A stretch of DNA of 64,000 bases from the IMG/VR virus record IMGVR_UViG_3300035138_000114. The stretch is one strand, 5' to 3'. Below the pieces are notes generated by a model. The model was not told the origin of the DNA. It searched no databases and worked only from the letters and a program-made list of their open reading frames with translations. Origin of the DNA: a virus. The position numbers and the translations under genes are program-made. This document shows positions 48,137 through 58,241 of this stretch, piece by piece. Numbering within the stretch: the first letter of the stretch is position 1; the number at the start of each line of letters is the position of its first letter.

Positions 48137-48836
48137 GTTTCTTGAAAGCTCCTTCTTGCCCGAATAGACTATAGATATACATGATCGCCTTATATCGGGC
48201 ATCTCGTTCAGTAGTTTCAAAATCATACGCCGACAAATCAATAGAGTGGGGCTTGACGGCTTTATCGTTTCCGAAACAATCCCAACCTTCTCTCTTTTCA
48301 CGGGCGAATAACTCAAGATGAGGACCAGGGAATTGTTCTGCATAGGCGTAAATGTCGGGCGGTTTGCGGCTATGCACTTTTGTCCTTTTTGCTACCAAAA
48401 ACAAATCATAATCCCAAATTAGCCCCGCTGATTGGGAATGTGGGCACGGAGCATAACCACGGCGGGCAATGATGACAGGCTCTGTTGAACCACGAATCCA
48501 GTGCCCGTTTCCGTAAGCAAAGTCAAGATCAAGCTTCCCGAATAAATCTATTTTCGGGCGTCTTGTTGTCTTCACCCACGGGAATCCGGTTTTCGGATAA
48601 AAGCCCCATGCCCACATCGTCAGAAGGCAGTCAACTAACATTGCCCACATTCCCCAGGCGATAAGAACAGCCTGATCCTCTGCCAGATTAATCACCGGTA
48701 AGGCGCATATATCGGGAGTCGGCATTGTCCCGTAATGATTCTTAGCCGCTCCCCGTCCTCCTTGCTCGGGCTGCGGCTGCCACGGTGAATCACAGAGGAT
48801 CGTTTTATATCGTTTTAATGTGGTCATACTTGCCAC
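48120..48836 (-). CDS. MT-A70 family adenine methyltransferase
   Basis: ILCDSPW, Y.TM, WGF..KT..PWVK, G.WIRG.TE, HSRKP, LELFAR..R.GWD.FGN. Confidence 0.88.
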   Translation of the reverse strand: MASMTTLKRYKTILCDSPWQPQPEQGGRGAAKNHYGTMPTPDICALPVINLAEDQAVLIAWGMWAMLVDCLLTMWAWGFYPKTGFPWVKTTRRPKIDLFGKLDLDFAYGNGHWIRGSTEPVIIARRGYAPCPHSQSAGLIWDYDLFLVAKRTKVHSRKPPDIYAYAEQFPGPHLELFAREKREGWDCFGNDKAVKPHSIDLSAYDFETTERDARYKAIMYIYSLFGQEGAFKKHGNVT

Positions 48837-49384
48837 ATCGGTTGAAGTAAAAGCCCGCCAGGACTTGCACCTTTGGTCTTTTCTTCAACGTTGTTTGCCA
48901 TAAGTCTCATCATGTTTAAAGAAACGGTTGTTACTTCTGAAGTCCCAACAACTGGGTATTGGTGCTCTCCTTTAAGAGAGTCTTTTGGAACTGCGATAAC
49001 CCCAAAGACCATAAACAGGTCTTTGTCATCTCCTTCTAACCCGGCATTTTTAGCGGCCATGCCGGTTTCCCGGACAATAAGTTGTCCTGTTACTTGGTGT
49101 TTTTGGCTGTTTTTCATTTTCTCTCCTTTGTTTGCGTTCCTTTTTTAGGGAGCGGTTCGCCGTTCCCATGTCGGATGACGGGTTCCGGTCACCCGTTCAT
49201 GATAATTTCGATTTGGATAATGTATTGTTGCCCAAAACGGGGGAGACCCCCACCAGCTATACCGAATAAGGAAATGATGGTTATATAAGTGATACGGCTT
49301 GACAAATCGAAAAAAAGACATATACCCCCTCCTTTCTAAACAGTGTAAAAATGAAGTATGATAATGTCAAGTTATTTTTTTATA

Positions 49385-50254
49385 TTAAACCGGATAAAGT
49401 TGAACCATTTTGATAAGTTCCCCGTCATATCGTTCATCCAGGGCACAGGTGTCTATTTCTGCAAATTCAAAGAACGCTTTCCCTTTTGTATCGAACCGGA
49501 GATCAACAGTACTGCCCGCCGCATGGATAAGTGGAATGTCATATTTCATTTCTTTCCGAGTCAATCTCTTATCCACATGTCTATGACCGAATAGAAGGAT
49601 GTCTACTTTTCCTGCAATAAGGTCTTTAAACGCCCGATCATCCTTCAACTTCAAAAAGAAGTTGTAATAAAATGGATGATGGTGAAGGAAAAGTACCGTA
49701 TAAAGGTTCGGACGGTCAAACTCTTCTAAATATGCGGCGATTTCTGCCCGTTGTTGCTCTCCTATCTCTCCTTGAGCAAAAAGCACGTCAAATCCGCCTA
49801 ATTCACCCGCCATTGAGTCAACTGACATAAAGACTACGCCGTTATCCGGATCTCCTGGGTCTACTATTGTATAAACAACGGGGAAGTCAGGACAGGAAGT
49901 GCTATTCATAGCATAAAAACCAAATCGTTCTAAGGCGATTCGTATTGCCCAGTTACCTTTAAACCCGTAATCATGATTACCTGGGCAGACATACACAACA
50001 AAGCCCACATTTCGGAGATTACGGAGTAGTTCACGGAGTCTCTGGTATTGATTTTGAGTGCCGCTTTCCACAATATCCCCGGTAATGATGATAATTGGGA
50101 GCATCTTAAATTCCTGATCTTCAGGAATCTTCCCGTTTTCAAGACCATGATCAAGTCCTGCATACATCTTAATCAAGCCCTGTACCAGCCACTCACATTT
50201 TAGCAAGTTCCATCCTTGCCCGATATGTAAATCCGACAAATGAATTATTTTCAT
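49385..50254 (-). CDS. calcineurin-like metallophosphoesterase
   Basis: HLSDLH, TGD, PGNHD, HH, GHRH. Confidence 0.88.
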   Translation of the reverse strand: MKIIHLSDLHIGQGWNLLKCEWLVQGLIKMYAGLDHGLENGKIPEDQEFKMLPIIIITGDIVESGTQNQYQRLRELLRNLRNVGFVVYVCPGNHDYGFKGNWAIRIALERFGFYAMNSTSCPDFPVVYTIVDPGDPDNGVVFMSVDSMAGELGGFDVLFAQGEIGEQQRAEIAAYLEEFDRPNLYTVLFLHHHPFYYNFFLKLKDDRAFKDLIAGKVDILLFGHRHVDKRLTRKEMKYDIPLIHAAGSTVDLRFDTKGKAFFEFAEIDTCALDERYDGELIKMVQLYPV

Positions 50255-50802
50255 TGCTTTTGTTCCTCCTGATCTTCTTCTGAATCTCCAAACCCCACGA
50301 TCTTCAACCATTCTTCGGCAGCCGTATGAAGTGAAGATGAAGAACAGATAAAAGGATTTTCACGATTTAACTGTTGACAAGCTTTTTTTGCTAACTGAAC
50401 ATGGAACGGAAGAATTGTTCCGCCAGGACGTCCTTCAAAGTTCTCAATTGCCCCGTGAAGTAACGCCATAGACCGGGCAGTCGGTTTTGTAAATCCGACT
50501 CCAAGAAACCATTTATACCGCCAGAATGTCCCGGCATTCTCTTGTTTCCAGACTGGATCATCTCTATGTGGTTTGATAAAGAGAAAAAGCAATGCCGGTT
50601 GACAGAGCAAGTCATATACCCAAAATCCCTGATGGCGGCAGAAACCAGGACGATAACATCCCCGGAAAAGTTCTCTGAATAATTGCCGTCCTGTTTGTCG
50701 CCAACGATTTCGGTTTTTGACACTACATTCAAGGGCGTTTCCAGCAATTTCAAGAAACTGGTTACGATAAAATTCTAACGTGTCCCATGTGTTCTTTTTC
50801 AC
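50251..50802 (-). CDS. hypothetical protein
   Basis: GAGG RBS with GTG start. Confidence 0.5.
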   Translation of the reverse strand: MKKNTWDTLEFYRNQFLEIAGNALECSVKNRNRWRQTGRQLFRELFRGCYRPGFCRHQGFWVYDLLCQPALLFLFIKPHRDDPVWKQENAGTFWRYKWFLGVGFTKPTARSMALLHGAIENFEGRPGGTILPFHVQLAKKACQQLNRENPFICSSSSLHTAAEEWLKIVGFGDSEEDQEEQKQ

Positions 50803-50834
50803 GGCATTTCCTCATCTTGTGATAGGGGAAGCTT

Positions 50835-50970
50835 CTTTCAATCCCTTTCAAAGGTTCTTTATTTGGCAATCTCTGAAAGCATTCGGAGGAAGGGAAAACC
50901 CTCCCACACTGGACGTGAAATACGCCACATAGCCGGTCAGCTTATAGACTTTCCGGGTACTTCTTATCCC
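50835..50970 (-). ncRNA. stand-alone natural single-guide RNA (copy C: tracr fused to repeat 3' half)
   Basis: Nearly identical to the tracrRNA, then a 17-nt loop, then TGAAAGGGATTGAAAG (exact last 16 nt of the CRISPR repeat). Confidence 0.8.
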
Positions 50971-51475
50971 CATAGTTGACAGCCGTGCCCGTATCTAATT
51001 CTGATACCGGGCGTTCCTCTCTATCATAGTCCAGTATGTGGGGTCTCCATTCAAGTTCCTCACCATCAGAAATGTCCTCTTCTTGCATCCGATCCGTCCG
51101 TTTTAAGGTAAACCAACGGGTACACTCGTTTTCCTGTTCTGTCCGGATCGAAGCGTTTTTCATCAGGCGATGGAGCCCCATTGTTGCCTCAATTAATGTG
51201 TCATATTCAAATTTTTCCGATCCATAATCCACGCTGGTCATAATGACCGTATGCGGCTGTAAAAGCTCCTCTTCTGCCTGAAACCCGAATTGTACCGGGG
51301 TTTCTGCCTTTAAGATTTCTTCTGATGTGAAAACTTCCTTCTTTCCATGTAAGATTTGTTTATTGACGGGCGAAGCTCCCCAAAAAACTGTTATTTGTTC
51401 TCCTGTTTGATCCCATTTACGGTGAACTTCGTAAACTATCCCGTCATAAATGAATTTTGTCCCGATTAAATTCAT
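50942..51475 (-). CDS. hypothetical protein; 3' end overlaps sgRNA copy C
   Basis: AAGGAG RBS; stop lies inside the scaffold. Confidence 0.55.
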   Translation of the reverse strand: MNLIGTKFIYDGIVYEVHRKWDQTGEQITVFWGASPVNKQILHGKKEVFTSEEILKAETPVQFGFQAEEELLQPHTVIMTSVDYGSEKFEYDTLIEATMGLHRLMKNASIRTEQENECTRWFTLKRTDRMQEEDISDGEELEWRPHILDYDREERPVSELDTGTAVNYGDKKYPESL

Positions 51476-51511
51476 ACGTTATAATCTCCTTTTCTCTGTT
51501 AAAAAATACGT

Positions 51512-51610
51512 CTCTGGCTCTCTGAGAGACGCCAGAAGACACGTTTAAAGTACAACCCCTATGAGTTATAGGGGTTGGCTCTCCGAGTCTTTACAATCGA
51601 AGTTTGGCGA
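51512..51610 (+). repeat. R2 dispersed repeat
   Basis: CTCTGGCTCTCTGAGAGACGCCA..AACCCCTATGAGTTATAGGGGTT. Confidence 0.65.
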
Positions 51611-51864
51611 TTAATCGCCTTCTGGTTTCCATACTTTCTTAGAAACCAGGGCTGCCTTGACTTTCTGGTATTTCAAATATTTCTGCTCTTCAAAGTATAT
51701 CGGGAGAAAATGGCACATTTGTTGTAAGGCTTCTACCGTATTCCCCGATATTTGGGAGACTCTACTAAGCCCTTGCATAAGCTCTAATAAATATTTTGGA
51801 TCGTCCTTTTCTGCTTTCCTGCAAAGTCGGGCTATTTCGCCGGTTCCAATGTAGTCTATAAAAG

Positions 51865-52560
51865 TCATTTTGTGACCTCATTCTTGAGAATATCCGACCC
51901 TGAAATTGCCCACAGTCCCGTCCGATCTTTCTTCTTAACTGCCTGATGCCACCACATTCCAGGGCAATGTTCACATGGGCCGGTCACTTCGTTTTCAATT
52001 CCATCCGTCATAAAACGAATACCTGTCAGGTCTCTTGTGTTGGGCTTTGGCAGAGCTTTTATGATACTTTCTCCGACTCTGAGAAGAAGCTTCCGTCCTT
52101 CATCTGTGCCTAAAACTTCATGGAGTCGGGATTTAAGCACTTTGATCGCCTCAATTATTTGTTGTATCCCTCCCCAGGTTTCCTCTGAATACGGGAGATA
52201 GTAATGCCTTCGTGTCATGTCCGAAACAAACGGTAACGGGAAATCTCCCTCAAGAGTCCCGTCATCATTGAGGATATTCCTATCATAGAACCGCTTGGCA
52301 TGATATATCGGAGGTTTTCCGTAATAACGGGCGTCCTCTTTGCTATGATGAAAAATTCTCCAATCTGCCCGTACAAATAGCTTATCCGGGCGTTTGGCGA
52401 TATAATACCGTTCCGTAGAGAACCCGATAAAAGCGGTTCCTACTTGGTGTTCATCATGCCAGGATTGAGACTCTTCTACCTCGATAACGGGAATCCATTC
52501 AAACTCTGCCGTAAATTCTAATGATTCCGGATCAAGCTTTAATGATGCCTCCAACCCCAA
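51865..52560 (-). CDS. hypothetical protein
   Basis: 231 aa ORF. Confidence 0.5.
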   Translation of the reverse strand: MGLEASLKLDPESLEFTAEFEWIPVIEVEESQSWHDEHQVGTAFIGFSTERYYIAKRPDKLFVRADWRIFHHSKEDARYYGKPPIYHAKRFYDRNILNDDGTLEGDFPLPFVSDMTRRHYYLPYSEETWGGIQQIIEAIKVLKSRLHEVLGTDEGRKLLLRVGESIIKALPKPNTRDLTGIRFMTDGIENEVTGPCEHCPGMWWHQAVKKKDRTGLWAISGSDILKNEVTK

Positions 52561-52650
52561 ATCACTTTCTACAATTTTCCTTACTTCTTTTGGTTTGCGT
52601 TTTCGTGGCGTGGCATTGTATCACCTCCGGTAAGTCGCTATAGTCAAGCA

Positions 52651-53472
52651 TTACCTGCGATCCTTATAATAATCCGACTCAATTGTCTTTGGATAGAGAA
52701 AAGACGGGACATTCTCGGAAGAAAAAATTGACGTTTCTCCGTTCAGGAACTGTATAGGAACTTGAGCCTTCCCGTTTTGTAGCTTGGTCCGCTGTGCCGA
52801 CGTGACTCTACCCAAATTCATGTAAATTGCCCGGATACTCCCGTATTTCTGCAAAAGTGACCTTGCGGTCTTTTCTCCGATCCCATGTACGCCCGGAAAG
52901 CGGTTGTCTCCTGTAAGCGCCGCAAGTTGTTCCATTTGTTCAGGTGTCAGCTTGTATGCCTTTTGAAGGTTGGAGACGGTTACATATTCAAACCGAACGC
53001 TCTGAGAAGGACGGGAATAAAGCCCGCAAACTCGTTTTTCTCCGTCTTCTCTGAGAAATGGATATAATCTTGAACCGCCCGCCAATAAAATCATATCCCA
53101 CAACTTGAGTGATCGGGGAATCCATGCGGACAGATAATCTCCGTAAAGAAAACCGGGCTCACAGCGGGAAAAGGCAGCGTTTTTCTCTTCCAGAAATTTG
53201 ATAACGTCAGGAATGATAGTTTTATCCACATCTTTTTGATACCCTGAGTCGGTAAATCCTGGGTATCGCTGGATAATCGTTTCGGCATCTTCAAAGAGAA
53301 CTGCCGTGGAAACGACCGTTGCTATTGCTTCAAAACTCCGGGCAAAGTTTCCTTGCCCGAAATACTGTTGTTTAGCAAAAAATGTCCCGTCAAATAGGCA
53401 AAGGGTCTTTTCAAAGATTAATTTCGGAACTTCGCCTTCTTGCGGGAATAATGGGAGTCTAAATGTGTTCAT
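52651..53472 (-). CDS. 5'-3' exonuclease / flap endonuclease
   Basis: FDG, LTGD..PGV.GIGEKTA..LL.KYGSI..IY.NL (H3TH). Confidence 0.8.
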   Translation of the reverse strand: MNTFRLPLFPQEGEVPKLIFEKTLCLFDGTFFAKQQYFGQGNFARSFEAIATVVSTAVLFEDAETIIQRYPGFTDSGYQKDVDKTIIPDVIKFLEEKNAAFSRCEPGFLYGDYLSAWIPRSLKLWDMILLAGGSRLYPFLREDGEKRVCGLYSRPSQSVRFEYVTVSNLQKAYKLTPEQMEQLAALTGDNRFPGVHGIGEKTARSLLQKYGSIRAIYMNLGRVTSAQRTKLQNGKAQVPIQFLNGETSIFSSENVPSFLYPKTIESDYYKDRR

Positions 53473-53476
53473 ACGA

Positions 53477-53965
53477 TTAACTCCTTTTCTTTCTTTTTAT
53501 AAGTTGTATTCCTTCTAATCTCCGTGTAACGATTGGATCATCCGTATAAAGGCGGTTTCGTCTATACCGGGCATCTTCTTTCTTAATCTTCCATTTTTTC
53601 GCCCATTTCGTAATACAAGCAATGGATACTTTGAACGTTTCAGCCGCTACACGGTAAGGTTGCCGTTTTGTTACAAGAATTTCTGTTAACTCTTCCTGTG
53701 TAAATCCGGCACGCGGGGTATCTATTTGAGGAATTTCATCTTGAAAGTCTAGATCAACCCGTTCTTTGTATAATTTCCTCATCCATGTATAGCTTTTCCC
53801 GTATAGAACAGCCAGCGCACGGTACGGAATGTTTTTCTTTTCTCGTAATTTTACCAGATTCTTGAGAGTCAACATGCCCTCAGTTAGCCCATATTTTACC
53901 AATAGTTCGCTTTTTATCTCTTCTTTGGATTTAAATGGCACAGGTGGCATAATTTCTATGATCAT
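53477..53965 (-). CDS. tandem HTH DNA-binding protein
   Basis: Two helix-turn-helix-like segments. Confidence 0.45.
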   Translation of the reverse strand: MIIEIMPPVPFKSKEEIKSELLVKYGLTEGMLTLKNLVKLREKKNIPYRALAVLYGKSYTWMRKLYKERVDLDFQDEIPQIDTPRAGFTQEELTEILVTKRQPYRVAAETFKVSIACITKWAKKWKIKKEDARYRRNRLYTDDPIVTRRLEGIQLIKRKKRS

Positions 53966-53967
53966 AT

Positions 53968-55101
53968 TTACAGCATCTCTCCCAGGTCACGGGCAAATGC
54001 TTCGATTTTCTTCAACCGTGCCTGTAATTGGATGACGGTCTCTGTTTTTTCGTATTGAGTTTGAGTTAAAATCGCCTGAAGGCTTCGTATTTGCGGGCTT
54101 GCCTCTGCTTCAGGAATTGTTTCAAGTTGTCCGGGTTCAATATCTCCACCACCGTTTGACGGGGCAGCAAAAAGGTTCAAAGGCATTGACGAAAAGAATT
54201 TCTGATGTTGCCCCTTTTTAAGGGTGACAACATCGTGCATCCTGATCTTGCCCGGTTTCTGGTCAGCAGCGGCTATGATCTCTTTGCTATGCTCTTTCAT
54301 CCAGGCTTCATCCGTCTCAAGGCACTTTTGGACAGAATTTAAAAACGCTTCTTCCCCGGACACTCTTTCATTTAGCAGCGGACGAAGTTTTGCCACTTCA
54401 TCCGTCTCAAGGGCACCAGAGACGGTTAGCGCGGCTAACATCCCTTGGTTGACGGTAAATGTTGGTTGAGAAAGCTTTTGGTATAGTAATTTCTGGTTGT
54501 CATGAGAAAGTCGGGTTGCCGCTTCCTGTGCGGCGGAGACTTTAATTCTCCCGTCAATAAGAGCTTGTTGGAGTTCAGGAATCAATCCCTGTAGTTTCAA
54601 GAGGCTTTTGACTTCCGCGACTGAAATCCCTACAGCATGGGCAATGTCTTCTTCAGTTATCTGGCCTTTCTGTGCTAAGGCATCATTCCAAAGCCCTTTA
54701 ATGGCTAACCATGAAGCTATTTTGTTGGGTTTACGTTGGTGATTTTCGGTTAATGTCAAAAGATGCCGAATGTGGCATCTTGTTACCCAAGCAGGATAAA
54801 TTTTTGCTTTGATCTCCGTCTGTTTCCAATATCGGGCAGTCATCACCCGACGTTTTCCAGCATGGATAATATACGGATTATCCGGGGTAGGTTCACCTTC
54901 TAACGGCATTCCTAACCAGATTTCTTCTTGTTGGCCTAACCGTTTCCAACTTTCACGAAAGCCTTTGTCCGGCAGTTCCGCCCCGATAACTGGCTCAATA
55001 AACTCAAGGCTGATAACGCCGACTTCCGGCTCTGGTATCGGTTTATCCGGCAAAAGGTCAATCTGTAATTCTTCGGCTGTTTCGGCTGTTTGTTTTTCCA
55101 T
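53968..55101 (-). CDS. ParB/RepB/Spo0J family protein
   Basis: IHAGKRR, L.EN.QR, HTH T.EDIA.AVG.S...V..LL.L..L.PELQ. Confidence 0.75.
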   Translation of the reverse strand: MEKQTAETAEELQIDLLPDKPIPEPEVGVISLEFIEPVIGAELPDKGFRESWKRLGQQEEIWLGMPLEGEPTPDNPYIIHAGKRRVMTARYWKQTEIKAKIYPAWVTRCHIRHLLTLTENHQRKPNKIASWLAIKGLWNDALAQKGQITEEDIAHAVGISVAEVKSLLKLQGLIPELQQALIDGRIKVSAAQEAATRLSHDNQKLLYQKLSQPTFTVNQGMLAALTVSGALETDEVAKLRPLLNERVSGEEAFLNSVQKCLETDEAWMKEHSKEIIAAADQKPGKIRMHDVVTLKKGQHQKFFSSMPLNLFAAPSNGGGDIEPGQLETIPEAEASPQIRSLQAILTQTQYEKTETVIQLQARLKKIEAFARDLGEML

Positions 55102-57059
55102 CGCATTGTGAACTGCCGGGAGCTAAAACCTTCTATTTTGAAGATTAAAGTCCTCTAGCTTCTTAGTTCATCGTGAATTCCAACGAACTCACTCCCTAAG
55201 CGTTAGGTTTGGGCTGTCCCATCCCTACCATATTAGTTTTAGCGTCTTGTGGCGTCTCTCAGAGCGCCAGAGTTATGTTTTTAGTTATCATCAAAGAGCA
55301 AATATCCGAACCGATGTTTTAGCTCAGGAGTCATGATTTGACGTAGGATTACCCGATCGTTCACACGTTCTCGGATACGCCTACAGTCTCGGGACAATTC
55401 GGTTTGATAAATACTCTTCCATTTTCGACCTTTCCCGAAATGAGGAAGATGGCGGTTGATCCGATCGTGCATCCCTGTTCTAAACTGATTAACAACATCC
55501 TCCCCAGTACACGGCCACCAGCAGGTAAGCCCGGTCGAAAATCTTTCCGTCTTATGGGCTTTAGCAAGCTTAACCGCCTGAACATACTGACGGAGCCCTA
55601 TCTTTCGTTGTAAGGCGGGCAAAGAGATGTATTGTTTCCTCATAATTCCTTATTATTCCTCATACACGGACGCCTTTGCCCGTAACGGGTATGTTTCCTT
55701 GTCTTCATATTTCGGATTAAGATTCGGCCAGCCCTGTTGACGGGCTTCTTCAAATTCTTCTCTGGTAAGAAGACGGGTCGGGTCAACTATACACATTAAT
55801 CCGCTCTCTCCATCTTCACAGCATACACTATATCCTCTTACCAGCCGATAACCGGGATGTTGCGAAAGAACCCATGAATCATGCGGATCATCTGTTCCGA
55901 TAATTTCCCCGTAAATAGTCGGTTGATGGAACGGATTTGTATCAATATAGCCTACAGGACATTCAATAATATAGCAATCTCCCGGCTGAAGGGCTGCTTG
56001 CCATTCTTGCGGAGAATTCTCTTCTCCGGTAATTCTGTTTTTAAAGACTAATTTGGTCTCATTCATCCGTTTTCTCCTGTTTTCGGGTTAGCGGGTATCC
56101 GGTGAGCGGTTCAAATCCTAACTCTTCGTAAATCCGTATTGCTACGTTTCCACTAACTGGGCCATCATGGTGAGCAAGGCAGTCCCATAATTGAAAATCA
56201 GAAATCCATCCTCCTTGATAGGCTGCCGTAATGTGGTCAATTGCGGCTTGATCGGGTTTCGGAATTTTAGCCCACCAGTCCCGATTTTCGATAGATTTCC
56301 GTATATAGTCACGGTCTCTATGTTGCCGGATTTCCCGTACCATAGAGATTAGCCACCTCGGATCAATCGAAATAGATAGAGGTTTGGTTTTATCCAGATC
56401 AAAACCCAACATACGGTGAAGACAAAGACCTTTTATCCCGCCTCTTTCAACTTCGTCCAATTCCTCATGAGTTAACGGGATGGTTTCAATAGAGGTCTTG
56501 TCTATATCGCTAACAATTCCCGATAATGTAAGAACCTCAAGGTTTTCATCTGATAATAGGTCAGCTATTTTCTGGCTTTCGTTCATTGTCTTTTACCTTT
56601 CTCAGGTCTTTAAGATGATAAGTAATTGCCCAGGCGATGTCATCTGTCTTCCGTCTACAGGCTGCCGTGTACTTCCAAAAACTGCCTTCCGGGTTCTGGT
56701 TCTTTGGATCGGCCCGAAGTGCATCCATTTTCGCCTGTAATTCCTCAATGGTATATCTGACATATAGGTCATAGGCACGGCTCACTTATTATCTTCCGGA
56801 TTTGGTTTCGGAAATTCCGCCTCATGACGGGCGAAATATTCTAATACTTCAAATACGTTTGCCAAAAGTTGGGCAAACGAGAACCCGTGTTCCTCACGGG
56901 CGTTTTCCAACTCTGCTAATAAATCATCCTGAAACGTGTTGCCGAATGTACTCATAACCTCCCCCTTTTGACTGCCTAACAGTGGGTTTGAAAAAATTCT
57001 TGACATTTCTATACTAAAATAAAAATAAGTGTTAAAAATGTCAAGCTATTTTTTTTAAA

Positions 57060-57440
57060 TTATTCTTCCGGGATGATAATAATACTGAATTTGACCGGAT
57101 CAGTAGGACTTCGAGTTCCTTCAATCGGAGCAGAGGCGTCTTTAATTTGTCCCGTGAACAGGGATGCCTGTTTAACAGCGTCCTCAACGGTTTCGCACAT
57201 TGCCAGAAAATCAATTCCCGTCTTTTCTTTTAACATGTCAAGCCCTTTTATATTCTTTTCCCGGTCATCGTAGCTCAGGAGAGCCCATATTTCTAAGGCT
57301 TCCGAAAACGTGAACTCCACTTCGCCTATCATAATGGGCTTATTCGGGATGTTCACAATCTCCTGGATTTGTGAAGAGCTACAGGCTCCCAGTAATAGGC
57401 AAAGTATCATGAAAAAGCAGATTTTCTTTAACGTTTCCAT
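57060..57440 (-). CDS. putative lipoprotein
   Basis: Signal peptide with LLGAC lipobox. Confidence 0.55.
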   Translation of the reverse strand: METLKKICFFMILCLLLGACSSSQIQEIVNIPNKPIMIGEVEFTFSEALEIWALLSYDDREKNIKGLDMLKEKTGIDFLAMCETVEDAVKQASLFTGQIKDASAPIEGTRSPTDPVKFSIIIIPEE

Positions 57441-58097
57441 TTTATGACTCCTTATCTGTTATAACGGGGAAACAGGAATAATAGGCTCTCAACTTCTCCC
57501 GTCAGAAAAGAAAACAAGGGGAGAAGGGTAGGAATGGCGAAATTCCTTGCTCTGTAAGCAATGAACTCCGAGAAACGTCAAAAAAGTTCTTTGCCCTTCT
57601 CTCTTGCTTTTTCATCATTTTGATACTATAGGCAATACCAATAGTCAGGCGGAAGAAAAAACGTCTTAAAACGCAAATTTGAGCGCCTTAGAGCTATATT
57701 TTTTTCACGGTTTTCATGACCGCTGATTCCGCCCGTTATTAAAGCATTACGATTTTTTATGGAACCGACTTTGCCCGCAATTTCGACCAGGATACCGTTT
57801 CTTTTTCTGGCGTAACCTTCGTAAATGGGCTTTCCTGTTACTGAGAGATAAATTGACCTCTTCTTTTGGCATGATTATTCATTGACTAAACTCCCTGACA
57901 TCGGGATAACTTCATAGTCTCTGTCATCCAGATCAGGATGTTTGCCTACTATAAATACTTGACATTATTTTCACAGTCTTATAAAATTACTACAGTTCAT
58001 TGACAAGATAGATGGTTGAAATTTACAACCCTGAATTTCGTAAAATCTTGTAGGTCGTATGACAAGGACGAACGCGATAACCAAGCTCTTGTCAATA

Positions 58098-58232
58098 TAA
58101 CATGTTGTTTTACACAGTAGGACCGGAACAGCCCGAACCGATAACGCCTGTGGAGTTGGTAAAGTTCATGTCTTCGGACAGGTGGCCGACCATGAAGCAA
58201 GAAGCCTGAAACGTTAAGTTTAGGCAGTTCAC
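58098..58232 (-). repeat. second copy of the attC-like 135-bp segment (4098-4232)
   Basis: One mismatch seen over 135 bp; directly follows the ASCH gene. Confidence 0.8.
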
Positions 58233-58241
58233 AGACTACTA

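Noticed and set aside
50815-50834. Guide of copy C targeting the R2 palindrome (shared CCCCTAT)
   Set aside because: Only 7-8 nt are shared, and the repeat-proximal seed (AAGCTT) does not match.
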